From a bacterium (GTDB lineage Bacteria; Actinomycetota; Acidimicrobiia; Spongiisociales; ZC4RG35), in contig JAPPFC010000017.1 of NCBI GenBank assembly GCA_028824015.1, positions 141,945 through 205,944 of the forward strand: a stretch of 64,000 bases of DNA. Reading direction: 5' to 3'. The notes under the pieces were generated by a model, which was not told where the DNA came from, did no database searches, and saw nothing but the letters and a program-made list of their open reading frames with translations. Each line of letters begins with the position of its first letter. The stretch's first letter is position 1. Shown here piece after piece: positions 37,904 to 48,002 of the stretch. The position numbers and the translations under genes are program-made.

Positions 37904-38164
37904 GGTGCTCTCCTTGTTTCTGGGCTAGCGCTTGTCAGTTGATAATAGTTGCGGTGTCAGATGCGACTTCTCCAAGAGTGGGGGGAGTTAAAAGGCGTGT
38001 CCACGGGGCCTGCGGGCGGTTGTTTGGGGCGTTATCCTTACTGAAAAGCGCTTCGAAACTTCTGCCCTGCCGCCCGGATGGGCAGCGCGTGGAAAGGACC
38101 GGCTATCTCACCTGCAAAAGTAAAGACCAAGGGCGAGAACTTCACACGTCTCACCGGTGAGTGG

Positions 38165-39232
38165 ATGACGCCGCGCCGCCGCTTTTTGTCCGCGCTGTAC
38201 GGCGGGCGGGTCGACAAGGTCCCTGCCATGACACTCAGTTCGGTGGTAACCCTTGATGCAATGGAGATCGTCGACTCTTGGTTCCCTGAAGCGCATCTCG
38301 ACGCGGAGAAGATGGCCCGCCTGGCGGCCACCGCCCACGAGGAACTCGGTCTCGACACGATCATGCCGGTGTTCCATTCCCAACTCGAAGCCGACGCCCT
38401 TGACGCGGCCACCTGGTGGGGGACCGTGGACAACTGGCCGGCCACCAACGATCATGTGTTAACCGACCCCGAAGACTTCAAAATCCCATCCGACTACCTG
38501 AAGCGGCCGTCGTTCAAAGCGGTGCTCGGCGCCATCAGGCTGCTCCGGAAGCGTTACCCCGACGTGGGGATCGTGGGGAAGGTCTATGGCCCGTGGTCGG
38601 TTGGGTACCACTTGGTGGGAATCGAGAATTACCTGATGGATACGATCCTCGACCCCGACAAGATCCGCCGTTACCTCGAAGTGATGCTTCCTGCCTGCAT
38701 GATGTCGGCCCACGCTCAACTGGAAGCGGGCGCCGATGCCATCATGTGGGCGGATCACGCCAACCGGGAACTTGTCAGTCCCGAGACGTACCGAGACTTC
38801 CTCCTGGAGATGCACAAGGAAGTCACGGTGGAGATGGGCGGGCCCAGCATATTCCATTGCTGTGGGGAGACGACCGACCGGATCGACTATTTCGCCGAGG
38901 CTGGCTGGGACTGTTTCCACTTCGAGTCCCAGGTGGATCCCCATGTCGCCAAGGAGATCGCCGGGGACCGCATGTCCCTGATGGGCAACATCAACAATCC
39001 GACCACCCTGTTCAGCGGCACTTACGAGGACACCTACGAGGCGTGCATGAAGGTGCTGGAAGCCGGGATCAACGGGATCGCCCCGGAGGGTTCTGTGCCG
39101 CTCGGCACCAAAATTGACGTGCTCAGGGCACTGGCTGACTCGGTCCGCGACTATTCTGACACGCATAGGCCGGACGGGCGGCTGGTGGTTCACAATCCCC
39201 CACCGGCAGACCACGCGGCTGAAACAGACTGA
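38165..39232 (+). CDS. UroD-family methyltransferase (MtaA/O-demethylase MT I-like, substrate:corrinoid)
   Basis: Internal start MTPRRRFLSALYGGRVDKVP matches the URO-D/MtaA N-terminus; the ORF track begins at 38078. Confidence 0.75.
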   Translation: MTPRRRFLSALYGGRVDKVPAMTLSSVVTLDAMEIVDSWFPEAHLDAEKMARLAATAHEELGLDTIMPVFHSQLEADALDAATWWGTVDNWPATNDHVLTDPEDFKIPSDYLKRPSFKAVLGAIRLLRKRYPDVGIVGKVYGPWSVGYHLVGIENYLMDTILDPDKIRRYLEVMLPACMMSAHAQLEAGADAIMWADHANRELVSPETYRDFLLEMHKEVTVEMGGPSIFHCCGETTDRIDYFAEAGWDCFHFESQVDPHVAKEIAGDRMSLMGNINNPTTLFSGTYEDTYEACMKVLEAGINGIAPEGSVPLGTKIDVLRALADSVRDYSDTHRPDGRLVVHNPPPADHAAETD

Positions 39233-39281
39233 TAAAATGCCTGGCGCAACCCCACTTTGATATCCAGCCCCTTCTTTTTCC

Positions 39282-40031
39282 ATGGCCCAACTATCTGACA
39301 TAGCCAACGAGTTCATCCGCTTGGAGATTGAGGAGTTCCTCGAACGGCCCGAAGAGATAGAAAGGAATGTGGCGCTCTTCAACCGGGTATCGCCGGCCAT
39401 GCAGGACATCGCCGCAGCCCTGATCGATGGAGACGACGTCACCGTCGATCGGCTGACCAGGGAAGCATTGGATGGGGGAGTCGGAGCCCTCGAGATCATG
39501 GACGACGGGCTCATCGCCGGGATGGGGATAGTCGGAATCAAGTTCCGTGAGGGATACGTGTTCGTCCCGGAAGTTCTGGTGTCGGCCCGGGCGATGAAAG
39601 CCGGGATGGCGCACATCGAGCCGATCCTGGCCGCCTCCGGCGTGGAGCCGATCGGCACGGTGATCATGGGCACCGTCCAAGGCGATCTGCACGACATCGG
39701 CAAGAACCTTTGCATCATGATGCTGCGTGGCGGTGGTTTCACGGTGATCGACCTCGGCGTCAACACCTCCCCGGCGGAATTCGTCGCCGCGGTGGAAGAG
39801 CACCGCGCTCATCTGATCGGCATGTCCGCTCTGCTGACCACCACGATGCCGAACATGGCCAAAACGGTGGAGGCTTTCAAGGACGCCGGCCTGCGGGAGT
39901 CGGTGCGGTTCATGGTCGGCGGCGCTCCGGTCACCCCGGAGTTCGGCAAGGACGTGGGCGCCGACGGCTACGGTAAGGACGCGCTGGCCTGCGTGGAGTT
40001 GGCCAAGAAACTAGCCGTCGAGGTCAACTGA
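39282..40031 (+). CDS. cobalamin-binding corrinoid protein (MtaC/MtmC-like)
   Basis: 249 aa; B12-binding DxHxxG motif (DLHDIGKN) and Rossmann-like B12-binding domain after an N-terminal helical cap. Confidence 0.8.
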   Translation: MAQLSDIANEFIRLEIEEFLERPEEIERNVALFNRVSPAMQDIAAALIDGDDVTVDRLTREALDGGVGALEIMDDGLIAGMGIVGIKFREGYVFVPEVLVSARAMKAGMAHIEPILAASGVEPIGTVIMGTVQGDLHDIGKNLCIMMLRGGGFTVIDLGVNTSPAEFVAAVEEHRAHLIGMSALLTTTMPNMAKTVEAFKDAGLRESVRFMVGGAPVTPEFGKDVGADGYGKDALACVELAKKLAVEVN

Positions 40032-40043
40032 ACAGCACGGGCA

Positions 40044-40385
40044 ATGTCCGATTCCGAGAAGCAGGCCTTCCAGGAGCGGCTGGACCGCATGGCTGCAATC
40101 TTCGCGGACATAGTTTCCCACGCTGAGGAATCCTCCCGCACCCGCTGTCCCTATCGCGACCGCCACGATCTCTGCACCGCTATGTTCCGATGCCGCAACC
40201 AGGCGCCCGTGGCCGACCGCGACTCGGACGAACTTGTCTGTACCCACGACGGCACCTTCGATTACCGCACCGCCTGGGAATCCAATCCCCGAGCCTACGA
40301 GCGGACCCGGGAAAAGATAGTCAGGATCAAACAGGATGCGGAAGAGCGACGGAGACGCCGTTCCGGGGAGGACCCGATCCGGTGA
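40044..40385 (+). CDS. small Cys-containing protein of unknown function embedded in the methyltransferase cluster
   Basis: 113 aa; cysteines spaced CPY...C...C...C; tightly packed between the corrinoid protein and the activase, with its stop overlapping the activase GTG start. Confidence 0.4.
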   Translation: MSDSEKQAFQERLDRMAAIFADIVSHAEESSRTRCPYRDRHDLCTAMFRCRNQAPVADRDSDELVCTHDGTFDYRTAWESNPRAYERTREKIVRIKQDAEERRRRRSGEDPIR

Positions 40386-42061
40386 GCACCGTCGCCCATG
40401 GCGCGGAGACGCGGCCCCTTGTTGTCGGCAACACCATCTTCGACCATGCTGACGATTTGGGAGTCGAAGTGCCCACGTCGTGCCTGCGCAGGGGGGAATG
40501 TCACGAATGCGTGGTGGAGATAAGCGAGGGGATGGGAGCGCTGACGGAGCGGACCGAGACCGAGCGGTTCCTGCGAGGTGACTTCCGCCTTGCGTGCCAG
40601 GCCCGGGTCGTGCGCGAAGACCTCCCCGTCAGATTCGCACCACTTCGCAGACAGCCGAGGATCCTCGAGGCCAGCCGCCTGCGGGACCGGGGGCGCGGCG
40701 ACTTCTGTCCGGCCGTGACCCGGGTCGGCGACGAGGTCAGATACGGGGACATGGTGCTCGACCGCTACCGGGGCGCCATCTGCGGCCTGGCGGTGGATCT
40801 CGGCACTACCACGGTGGTCCTCGAGTTGGTGGATCTCGAATCGGGTACCACATTGGGGGTGGCCGGCTTCGAGAATCCCCAGCAGTTCGGCGGCAGCGAC
40901 GTGATGAACCGCATCTCCTACGAGGCCCGACCGGGGGTTGCCGGCGAACTCCAGAATGCCGCGGTGGCGGCCATCAACCGGGGCACCCGGGACCTGGCAC
41001 GCCGGGCCGGTCGGCGCGTCCCGCACGTATACGAGATCGTGGTGGCGGGCAACTCGACCATGCGGGACATCCTGTTCGGCATGAGCGTGCAGAGCATCGG
41101 GGAGATGCCGTACAAGTCCCTGACCGAGCACGAGTACCTGGCCGGGCGCCGACCTCACACCGCGGTGGTGGCCGACAGCAGGAGTTTGGGATTGCGCGCC
41201 AACCGCCGGGCCAAGGTGTATGGGATTCCACTGGTGGCCAGCCATGTGGGCGCCGATGCGGTGGCGTGCGTGGAGACGGTTCGATTGGGTGAGGAGGGAC
41301 GGACCGAGATGCTGGTCGACATGGGCACCAACACCGAGGTCGTGCTAAGCCATGGGGGCAGAATGTGGGCGGCCTCCTGTCCCGCAGGCCCGGCGTTCGA
41401 AGGCGGTCTGGTCACCTACGGGATGCGCGCCTACGACGGGGCCGTCGAGTCTATTACGGTGTCCGGGGACGGGACCGCGTCTTCCTACCGGACCATCGGG
41501 GACGAACCGGCGGTGGGCATCTGCGGTTCGGGTCTGGTTGACCTGCTGGCTGGGCTCCGCAGGCAGGGTCTGATGACCGAACGGGGCGCCTTTCCTCATG
41601 ATCGGAAGTTGTCCGACATCGACGTGATACCCGAGCGTGGCATCACCTTCTCGCGAGAGGACGCTAGCAACCTTGCCCAGGCCAAGGCTGCCAACTACTG
41701 CGGACAGTTGATCGTGATGCGCACCGCAGGAGTGGAACCCGCCGAGATCGACCGGTTGTACCTGGCGGGAGGGTTCGCCACTTATCTGGATGTGAGCGCC
41801 GCCATCGAGATCGGGCTCATCGCACCGGTGGCGATCGAAAGAGTGGTAAAAGTGGGCAACGCGGCGGTCGAAGGCGCTCGCGCCCTGCTGCTGTCGAAGA
41901 AGAAGCGACGCTGGGCGGAGGAGTTGACCAAGCAGGTCACCCACATAGAACTGGAAACCACCCCGGATTTCTTCGACATCTTTGTCGAAGGCTGCCAGCT
42001 AAAACCGATGCCTCCTGTTTTTGCGGGTCCTGAACCGGTGGCCCAACCGGTGCGATCATGA
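40382..42061 (+). CDS. RACo-like corrinoid reductive activase (N-terminal [2Fe-2S] ferredoxin + ASKHA ATPase)
   Basis: GTG start at 40382 (GTGA overlap); plant-type ferredoxin Cys pattern (C-x4-C-x2-C...C); large ASKHA-type domain (DLGTTTVV, DMGTNTEV); length matches RACo/RamA-type activases. Confidence 0.75.
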   Translation: MSTVAHGAETRPLVVGNTIFDHADDLGVEVPTSCLRRGECHECVVEISEGMGALTERTETERFLRGDFRLACQARVVREDLPVRFAPLRRQPRILEASRLRDRGRGDFCPAVTRVGDEVRYGDMVLDRYRGAICGLAVDLGTTTVVLELVDLESGTTLGVAGFENPQQFGGSDVMNRISYEARPGVAGELQNAAVAAINRGTRDLARRAGRRVPHVYEIVVAGNSTMRDILFGMSVQSIGEMPYKSLTEHEYLAGRRPHTAVVADSRSLGLRANRRAKVYGIPLVASHVGADAVACVETVRLGEEGRTEMLVDMGTNTEVVLSHGGRMWAASCPAGPAFEGGLVTYGMRAYDGAVESITVSGDGTASSYRTIGDEPAVGICGSGLVDLLAGLRRQGLMTERGAFPHDRKLSDIDVIPERGITFSREDASNLAQAKAANYCGQLIVMRTAGVEPAEIDRLYLAGGFATYLDVSAAIEIGLIAPVAIERVVKVGNAAVEGARALLLSKKKRRWAEELTKQVTHIELETTPDFFDIFVEGCQLKPMPPVFAGPEPVAQPVRS

Positions 42062-43083
42062 GCCGTCGGCGGTTCACGGTCATCGGCGAGAACGTCCACA
42101 CCAGCCGCATCGTTCTCCGCAAGGGCAAACGGTTCGCCACTCACGGGGGAGTCGAGGGGGTCAAGTTCGTGTCGGTTGACGGCGCTCCGGGTCTCTTGGT
42201 CATATCGGAGACCATGCGGGCAAGCCAGGCTTACGACGAGGGTCGCATCAAGCACATCGCGTTGGCTGTCGAGACGGCCATGGCCGGCGGCGACGGGGCG
42301 CCGACGGGCTGTGAGTACCTGCGGCGGGTGGTGTTCGACCAGGAACAGGCAGGCGCCCACTACCTGGACGTGAACGTCGATGAGATATCACTCAAGACCG
42401 AAGGACAGCGCCAGGCCATGGAGTGGCTGGTCGGCTACGTTCGGTCGTTGACAGCCCTTCCGATCTCGGTCGACTCCTCCGACATCACCGTGATAGAGAC
42501 CGGTCTGTCCGTGACAACCGGGACCGGTGATGGGAGACCGATGCTCAACTCGGCTTCCCTGGAACGGGCCGAGGCCGTCGAACTGGCCGTCGAGCACGGA
42601 GCGAGGGTGATAGTCACGGCCGCCGGCGCCGCCGGCATGCCGTCGGACGCCGCCGAGCGGATCGACAACGCGTCGCAGATGGTCGAAGCGGCCCTCGGGG
42701 TGGGAATCGCCATGGGAGACATCTTCGTGGATCCGCTGGTGTTCCCCATATCGGTGGATGGGTCCTTCGGGTTGCACACCCTCGACGCCATCCGCGAGAT
42801 CCGGCGCCGATTCGGCCCCGAGATCCACATCACAGGAGGCATGAGCAACGTCTCCTTCGGGATCCCCGCTCGTAGGTTGATGAACACCGTGTTCATCAAC
42901 CTGGCGGTCGAGGCCGGAGCGGACAGCGGCATCATCGACCCGGTCATGAACCCACTCTCCGCCGTGTTCGCCGCCGACCGCAACTCGGCGCCCTACCGGT
43001 TGGCCGAGGACGTCTTGCTGGGCCGGGACGAGCACTGCATGAATTACATCAGGGCATGGCGCAAAGGCGCCCTCAACCCGTAA
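42058..43083 (+). CDS. pterin-binding methyltransferase (methyl-corrinoid:tetrahydrofolate MT II, MtrH/MetH-pterin-domain-like)
   Basis: 341 aa; VIGENVHTSR N-terminus and DHPS-like TIM-barrel pattern; ATGA overlap with the activase. Confidence 0.75.
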   Translation: MSRRRFTVIGENVHTSRIVLRKGKRFATHGGVEGVKFVSVDGAPGLLVISETMRASQAYDEGRIKHIALAVETAMAGGDGAPTGCEYLRRVVFDQEQAGAHYLDVNVDEISLKTEGQRQAMEWLVGYVRSLTALPISVDSSDITVIETGLSVTTGTGDGRPMLNSASLERAEAVELAVEHGARVIVTAAGAAGMPSDAAERIDNASQMVEAALGVGIAMGDIFVDPLVFPISVDGSFGLHTLDAIREIRRRFGPEIHITGGMSNVSFGIPARRLMNTVFINLAVEAGADSGIIDPVMNPLSAVFAADRNSAPYRLAEDVLLGRDEHCMNYIRAWRKGALNP

Positions 43084-43216
43084 TCGAATTGGCGGCGGCG
43101 CATCCTCGCTCGCCCCGTGTCCCGGTGCTGGGAGGCGCATGTCCGAATTGGTCTGCAACGGGGTGTCCCGGCCACCGGGGCCGGAACACCCCCTCGCATG
43201 AGGTGGGCGGCGTCTC

Positions 43217-45229
43217 CTACTTGGCCGGTATCTTCAGCACCCAGCCAACCCGAATCAGGTCCGGCTTGGTAAGGGCCCGACCGTCGGCCTGTGTAACTCC
43301 TTGGTTGAGTTCGAAGATCTCCATCCAGCGGTTCTCGTCGCCGAGATGCGTCATGGCGATCTTCCGCAGGTAATCACCTGCCTGAACCGTGATCTCGAAC
43401 GTCTCGGGCTCCGGTTCCAGGGCGACGATCCGGCCGGCCCCGTCGGTCGGGTAGGCGGCCGCCGTGATCGTTCCTCCCAGGTCGACGGAGATGTAGTTGG
43501 CCAGGGCCTGCTGATAGCTGACGCCCAGCTTGGTGAAGTCGATGTCAGCCAGCGGGTAGCAGTCACCGCCGTTGGCGAGGAAGTCGATGGTTGCCAGCAC
43601 CACCGGATCGCCCGGCACGACCTGTCCGTCGGTCACGATCACGGTCCCGTCGTTCAGTGTCACCTCCCGCACCCGCTCGCCGGGGTTGCCGCTCAGAGAA
43701 CAGTCACCGCCGCGGGCGATCTCCCGCGCCGGAGCGGACGGGTCGTAGATGAAAGTGAACCCCGAGACCTGGGCGAACTGGCCCCCGGCGCGGGGTATCC
43801 GGTCCACCGCCTGTTCAAGTAACACCCGGAAGACCTCTCGCGGGACATCGCCGACCACCACGAAGTTCCTGAACGGAGCGATGTCCCAGGTGGTTCCGGT
43901 TGTGATCTCCCCTGCCGGGATCACTGAGTCGTTGCGGATCCCTCCTCCGTTCTGGACGGCCACATCCGGCGGGGCGAGCCCGAACTCATCGGCCAGGTTG
44001 GCAGCCGTGGCTCGCAGGGCGTCCGCCATCAGGTTGCCCCCGTTGGTGGCCCTGGTGCGCACTCCCGAGCGGCGCCCGTCCAGTTCCACCTCGCTCGTCC
44101 CGATCACCTCGGCGTCGATGAGGCCCACCGCCTCGGTCAGAGGCTCGATCACGTTGGCCTGGACCACCGGGTCCGGTACAACGTCGAAGCCAACCCCGAC
44201 CGAGCGGCCCTCGGCATCGGTGACCTTGCCGTCGGCATCGAACGTCACGTTCAATTCGCCGATACAGCGATACCCGCCGGGAGCGGTGATGACCGGCACC
44301 GTGGCGCCCGAGGCGTCAGTCGCTTCGATCGGGTAGGGCGCCACCGCATCCGTTTCGGGAAGGCAGGTGTCGCCCTCGTTGCGGAGCAGGTCGTCTCCTC
44401 CTCCGGCGATCACGACGTCCACGCCCGAGAGGCTCCCCACCAACTCGATCTCCTCAGCCACGTCCTGAAGATGGCTGACCAGGATGATCTTGTTCACCCC
44501 CTGGCCGGTCAGGCTCTCCACTTGTGCCATCACGGCCGGCAACACCGGGGACACCGCGGCGTTGCGAGGGGTGGAGATGTTTGGCAGCATCGGGGTGACC
44601 GCCCCGATCACGCCGATCCGCTCGCCACCGGTCTCTATGACCGTGCTGGCGGCGATCAGTCCCTGGTCCACCAGCGCCTGCAGGGCGGGTTCGCCCGAGA
44701 AGTCCATGTTGGCGGATAGGAACGTGACCGGCGGGGAGAAGCCGTTCACGAACCGGGCGGTCACCTCGGGTCCCAGGTCGAAGTCGTGGTTGCCCAGAGC
44801 CATCGCGTCATAGATTCCGCTCAGAGCTATCGAGTCATAGAGGGGACCCTCCCGGCCCAGGGAGACCCCCAGCTCCTGGGAAGCCAGGAAGTTGTCTCCC
44901 GACGTCAGGATCACCAGGCCCGCGCCGGTGGCGCCGGCTTGGAGTTGCTTCATCAGGGCGACGAAACGGGCCACGCCAGGATCGGCGTTCCCGTCGGGGA
45001 GGAGCTTGGACTCCCCGTCGTTGTTGTGCAGGATGGTGAGGGTGAAACCTCCACCGTCATCGGTTTCCTGGGCGCCTGCGGGCGCCGACACCAGAGTCCC
45101 GGTTATCAGCACCAAGGCGAACAGGACGATGAACCGCCGTCCGGGCCGAATGTTTGCCATGCTCGCTCCCTGTAGGTTTGTTTGCGTCAGGAGTGAGGAT
45201 ATATGGGCGCCAGGAACTCCGATCCGCAA
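43217..45229 (-). CDS. secreted bifunctional metallophosphatase / 5'-nucleotidase with C-terminal LysM domain
   Basis: 670 aa; signal peptide; calcineurin-like GNHDFD motif; 5'-nucleotidase C-terminal domain; terminal LysM (GDYLRKIA...). Confidence 0.8.
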   Translation of the reverse strand: MRIGVPGAHISSLLTQTNLQGASMANIRPGRRFIVLFALVLITGTLVSAPAGAQETDDGGGFTLTILHNNDGESKLLPDGNADPGVARFVALMKQLQAGATGAGLVILTSGDNFLASQELGVSLGREGPLYDSIALSGIYDAMALGNHDFDLGPEVTARFVNGFSPPVTFLSANMDFSGEPALQALVDQGLIAASTVIETGGERIGVIGAVTPMLPNISTPRNAAVSPVLPAVMAQVESLTGQGVNKIILVSHLQDVAEEIELVGSLSGVDVVIAGGGDDLLRNEGDTCLPETDAVAPYPIEATDASGATVPVITAPGGYRCIGELNVTFDADGKVTDAEGRSVGVGFDVVPDPVVQANVIEPLTEAVGLIDAEVIGTSEVELDGRRSGVRTRATNGGNLMADALRATAANLADEFGLAPPDVAVQNGGGIRNDSVIPAGEITTGTTWDIAPFRNFVVVGDVPREVFRVLLEQAVDRIPRAGGQFAQVSGFTFIYDPSAPAREIARGGDCSLSGNPGERVREVTLNDGTVIVTDGQVVPGDPVVLATIDFLANGGDCYPLADIDFTKLGVSYQQALANYISVDLGGTITAAAYPTDGAGRIVALEPEPETFEITVQAGDYLRKIAMTHLGDENRWMEIFELNQGVTQADGRALTKPDLIRVGWVLKIPAK

Positions 45230-45292
45230 CCGGTGGGCTGGGCCTCAGAGGCCGATCTGACCCGGGACGGCCAGGACCTCGGCAGGCAGGCG

Positions 45293-46681
45293 CTAAGTGG
45301 CGGAAGCCTGGGTCTCGGTGACGTTGCGGGGAGGACCGTCCGGGGAGACGAGTTTGCCTCCCGGCCCTTCCGCGACTTGACCCTTGTCGTAGACAACGCG
45401 GCCTCGAGACAGCGTCGTGAGGATCCGTCCGGAGAGGTCCAGTCCGTCATAGGCCTTGCCGCTTCCGCCGGATCGGCTGAGGAACCGGGAGGAGTGGGCG
45501 GTGATCCGCGCCTCGGGATCCACCAACACCAGGTCGGCTTCCGACCCGGGGGAGACCGTCCCCTTGCGGGGATAGATGCCGAACAGCTTGGCGGGATTGG
45601 CGGTCATCACCTCCACGGCCCTGGTCAGGGGAAGCCGACCGGTTAGACCGGCGTCGAGCATGGTCGGGACCAGCATCTCCAGGGAGGGGATCCCCTGCCC
45701 GGTGGTGGCGAAGTCGGCGGCTGCTTTCTCCTCGGGCGTGAATGGGGCGTGGTCGGACGCCACCACCGACAGCGACCCTCCGTTCAGCGCTTCCCACAAA
45801 TATGCAACGTCCTCGGGAGGGCGGAGCGGCGGGGCCACTTTCACGAAATTGCCGAGCTTGGGGATCAGGGACTCGTCGAACAGCAGATAGTGAGGGCAGG
45901 ACTCGGCGGAGAGGTCGACGCCCAACGCTTGGGCTGCTTCTACCTCTTCTGTGGCCATACGGGAAGTGATGTGGACGATGTGGGCGGGTATGCCGAGGTC
46001 CCGGATGGCGGTGGCCACCAGGCCCACCGCCGCCGCCTCCACCATGGGAGGACGGGAGGGATGTCCGAACCGGTCCGGGTCGAGGCTGAAACGCTCGATG
46101 AACTGCTGGCTCTCGGCATGCACCGCGCAACGCAGGCCGGTTGCGCCCACGGTCCGCAGGCAATCATAGATCTCTTCGGGCCCCGACGCCCACAGGCCCT
46201 CGAAGTCCACCATGCGGTGGGCCGGCGGGGTGTGGGTGAAGAGCTTGAACCCGATCGCGCCCAATTCGGCCATCGCCTCCGCCCGGGCCGGGTCGGTTGT
46301 CCCGGCGCCGCCGTACAGGGCGAAGTCGACCAGGCTTTCGGATTCTCCCAGATCCCGTCGCAGTTCAAATGCCTCGGGAGTGCTGCACGGAGGGTTGGAG
46401 ATCGGCATCTCGAAGAGCGTGGTGACCCCCGCCGAGGCGGCGGCCCGCGACTCCGACGCGAAGGTGGCCCGTTCGGGGTTGCTGGGCGCCCGGCAGTGGA
46501 AATGGGCATCCACCGCGCCGGGAATCACCAGCAGCCCCGAGGCATCGATCTCGCGCCGGGCCGCTCCCAGAGCGCCGGTCGGGGAGACCTCGGTGATGAG
46601 CTCGCCCTCCACGCCGACGTCAGCCGGACGCGAACGACCGTCGCTCACCACCGTCCCCCCGATGATTCTCAGATCAAGCAC
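45293..46681 (-). CDS. cyclic amidohydrolase (dihydropyrimidinase/allantoinase/dihydroorotase superfamily)
   Basis: 462 aa; metal-binding DAHFH motif and D-hydantoinase-like length. Confidence 0.75.
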   Translation of the reverse strand: MLDLRIIGGTVVSDGRSRPADVGVEGELITEVSPTGALGAARREIDASGLLVIPGAVDAHFHCRAPSNPERATFASESRAAASAGVTTLFEMPISNPPCSTPEAFELRRDLGESESLVDFALYGGAGTTDPARAEAMAELGAIGFKLFTHTPPAHRMVDFEGLWASGPEEIYDCLRTVGATGLRCAVHAESQQFIERFSLDPDRFGHPSRPPMVEAAAVGLVATAIRDLGIPAHIVHITSRMATEEVEAAQALGVDLSAESCPHYLLFDESLIPKLGNFVKVAPPLRPPEDVAYLWEALNGGSLSVVASDHAPFTPEEKAAADFATTGQGIPSLEMLVPTMLDAGLTGRLPLTRAVEVMTANPAKLFGIYPRKGTVSPGSEADLVLVDPEARITAHSSRFLSRSGGSGKAYDGLDLSGRILTTLSRGRVVYDKGQVAEGPGGKLVSPDGPPRNVTETQASAT

Positions 46682-46715
46682 TGATCTGTCTTATGTTGTC
46701 CTTGGCGAGCTTGGG

Positions 46716-48002
46716 CTAGGCCAGGCGATACTCGAGCTGCGGGCTGGGGCCCCAGTGGCTCTTCATGTCGCCGACGTCCCGTCCGGCTTGGGCGTAGCCG
46801 CCCTCCGACGAGATGGCCAGCATTCCACGGACATAGACCTTCTTGACATCGCCCACGGCGTTGAGGTCGGCGAGCGGATCGCCTCCCAAAGCCACGATGT
46901 CGGCGATCTTGCCCGGCTCCACTCTGCCCAGGTCCTCTTCGAGGCCCAGCACCACCATGGCGCGGCTGGTTGCCGCGTTGAGAACGTCCCTGGCGTCGGG
47001 GACCACCCCGATCTTCACCATGAACTTCATCTCCTCGACGATGGCGTAGTGGGGCACCGCCGGGCTTCCGGCGTCCGTGCCGAATATGATCCGGCCACCG
47101 GCCTTGGCGAAGTTGATGTTGCCCTCGAAGCGGGCTGTGTCATGCATGCTTGCCTTGCGGGCCTTGAGGTCGGTCTCGCTCATCCCGTACAGGTGGCCGA
47201 ACAGTGCCTGCTGCACATTGGGGGAGTAGGTGGTGACGATGGGGATGTCCTTTTCCACCAGCTTCTCGATGGTCTTCATGGTCATCTGACCACCGTGCTC
47301 CACGCAGTCCACCCCGGCCTCCACCACCCGGTCGATGGCGTGGTCGAAAGTGGCGTGAGCGGTGACCTTCATGTTGTTCTGATGCGCTTCTTCGCACATG
47401 GCTTGCAACTCTTCGAAGGTGAACTGCTCTCTCACGTGGGAGCCCATGATCTTGATCCACTTGGCGCCGGCCTTGAACTGCTCCCGGATGGCCTGGCGAA
47501 CCCCGTAGATCCCGTCGGCTTCCCGACAGACCCACCAGGTGTGGCCGCCGGTGGTGCAGATCGCCCGTCCGTTGGGGAACAGGCGGATCCAGGGCGCCCA
47601 GCCGTTGTCGATGGCGTACTTGGCGTCGACGTTGGCATTGTTCATGCCCAGGTCGCGGATGGTCGTGACCCCCGCGGAGAGGGTGCGGTGGATGTTCATT
47701 ATCGCCTTCATGGCGTTGACGGCGGGGGACTCATAGCCCTGCATCTCCAGGTCGTGGGTGCCGTCCCAGCCCAGGTGAACGTGGAGGTTCGCCAGGCCCG
47801 GGATGAGCCACATGCCAGATACGTCCACCACGTTGTCGCCCGGTTGGGGGTCCGACGCTCCTACCGCTACGATCCGCTCGGCCTCGATGGTTACGTCCTG
47901 TTGCTGGGAAGGCGTGTCGTCGTCGAGATTGACTACGACGCCACCTTTGAGAATTGTTCTCACGGGTTGGTTCCTTTCTATATCGTGGTCAGATTCTTCC
48001 AT
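46716..48002 (-). CDS. amidohydrolase-family metal-dependent hydrolase
   Basis: 428 aa; HVHLGWD metal-binding motif and amidohydrolase_1 pattern. Confidence 0.75.
   Translation of the reverse strand: MEESDHDIERNQPVRTILKGGVVVNLDDDTPSQQQDVTIEAERIVAVGASDPQPGDNVVDVSGMWLIPGLANLHVHLGWDGTHDLEMQGYESPAVNAMKAIMNIHRTLSAGVTTIRDLGMNNANVDAKYAIDNGWAPWIRLFPNGRAICTTGGHTWWVCREADGIYGVRQAIREQFKAGAKWIKIMGSHVREQFTFEELQAMCEEAHQNNMKVTAHATFDHAIDRVVEAGVDCVEHGGQMTMKTIEKLVEKDIPIVTTYSPNVQQALFGHLYGMSETDLKARKASMHDTARFEGNINFAKAGGRIIFGTDAGSPAVPHYAIVEEMKFMVKIGVVPDARDVLNAATSRAMVVLGLEEDLGRVEPGKIADIVALGGDPLADLNAVGDVKKVYVRGMLAISSEGGYAQAGRDVGDMKSHWGPSPQLEYRLA

Noticed and set aside
37904-38164. Possible cobalamin riboswitch upstream of the MT I gene (weak B12-box-like ggaaaggaccggc)
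   Set aside because: Only a partial resemblance to the B12 box, and no other conserved riboswitch elements identifiable by eye. A B12 riboswitch would also be unexpected in front of a corrinoid-using enzyme operon. A covariance-model scan would be needed.
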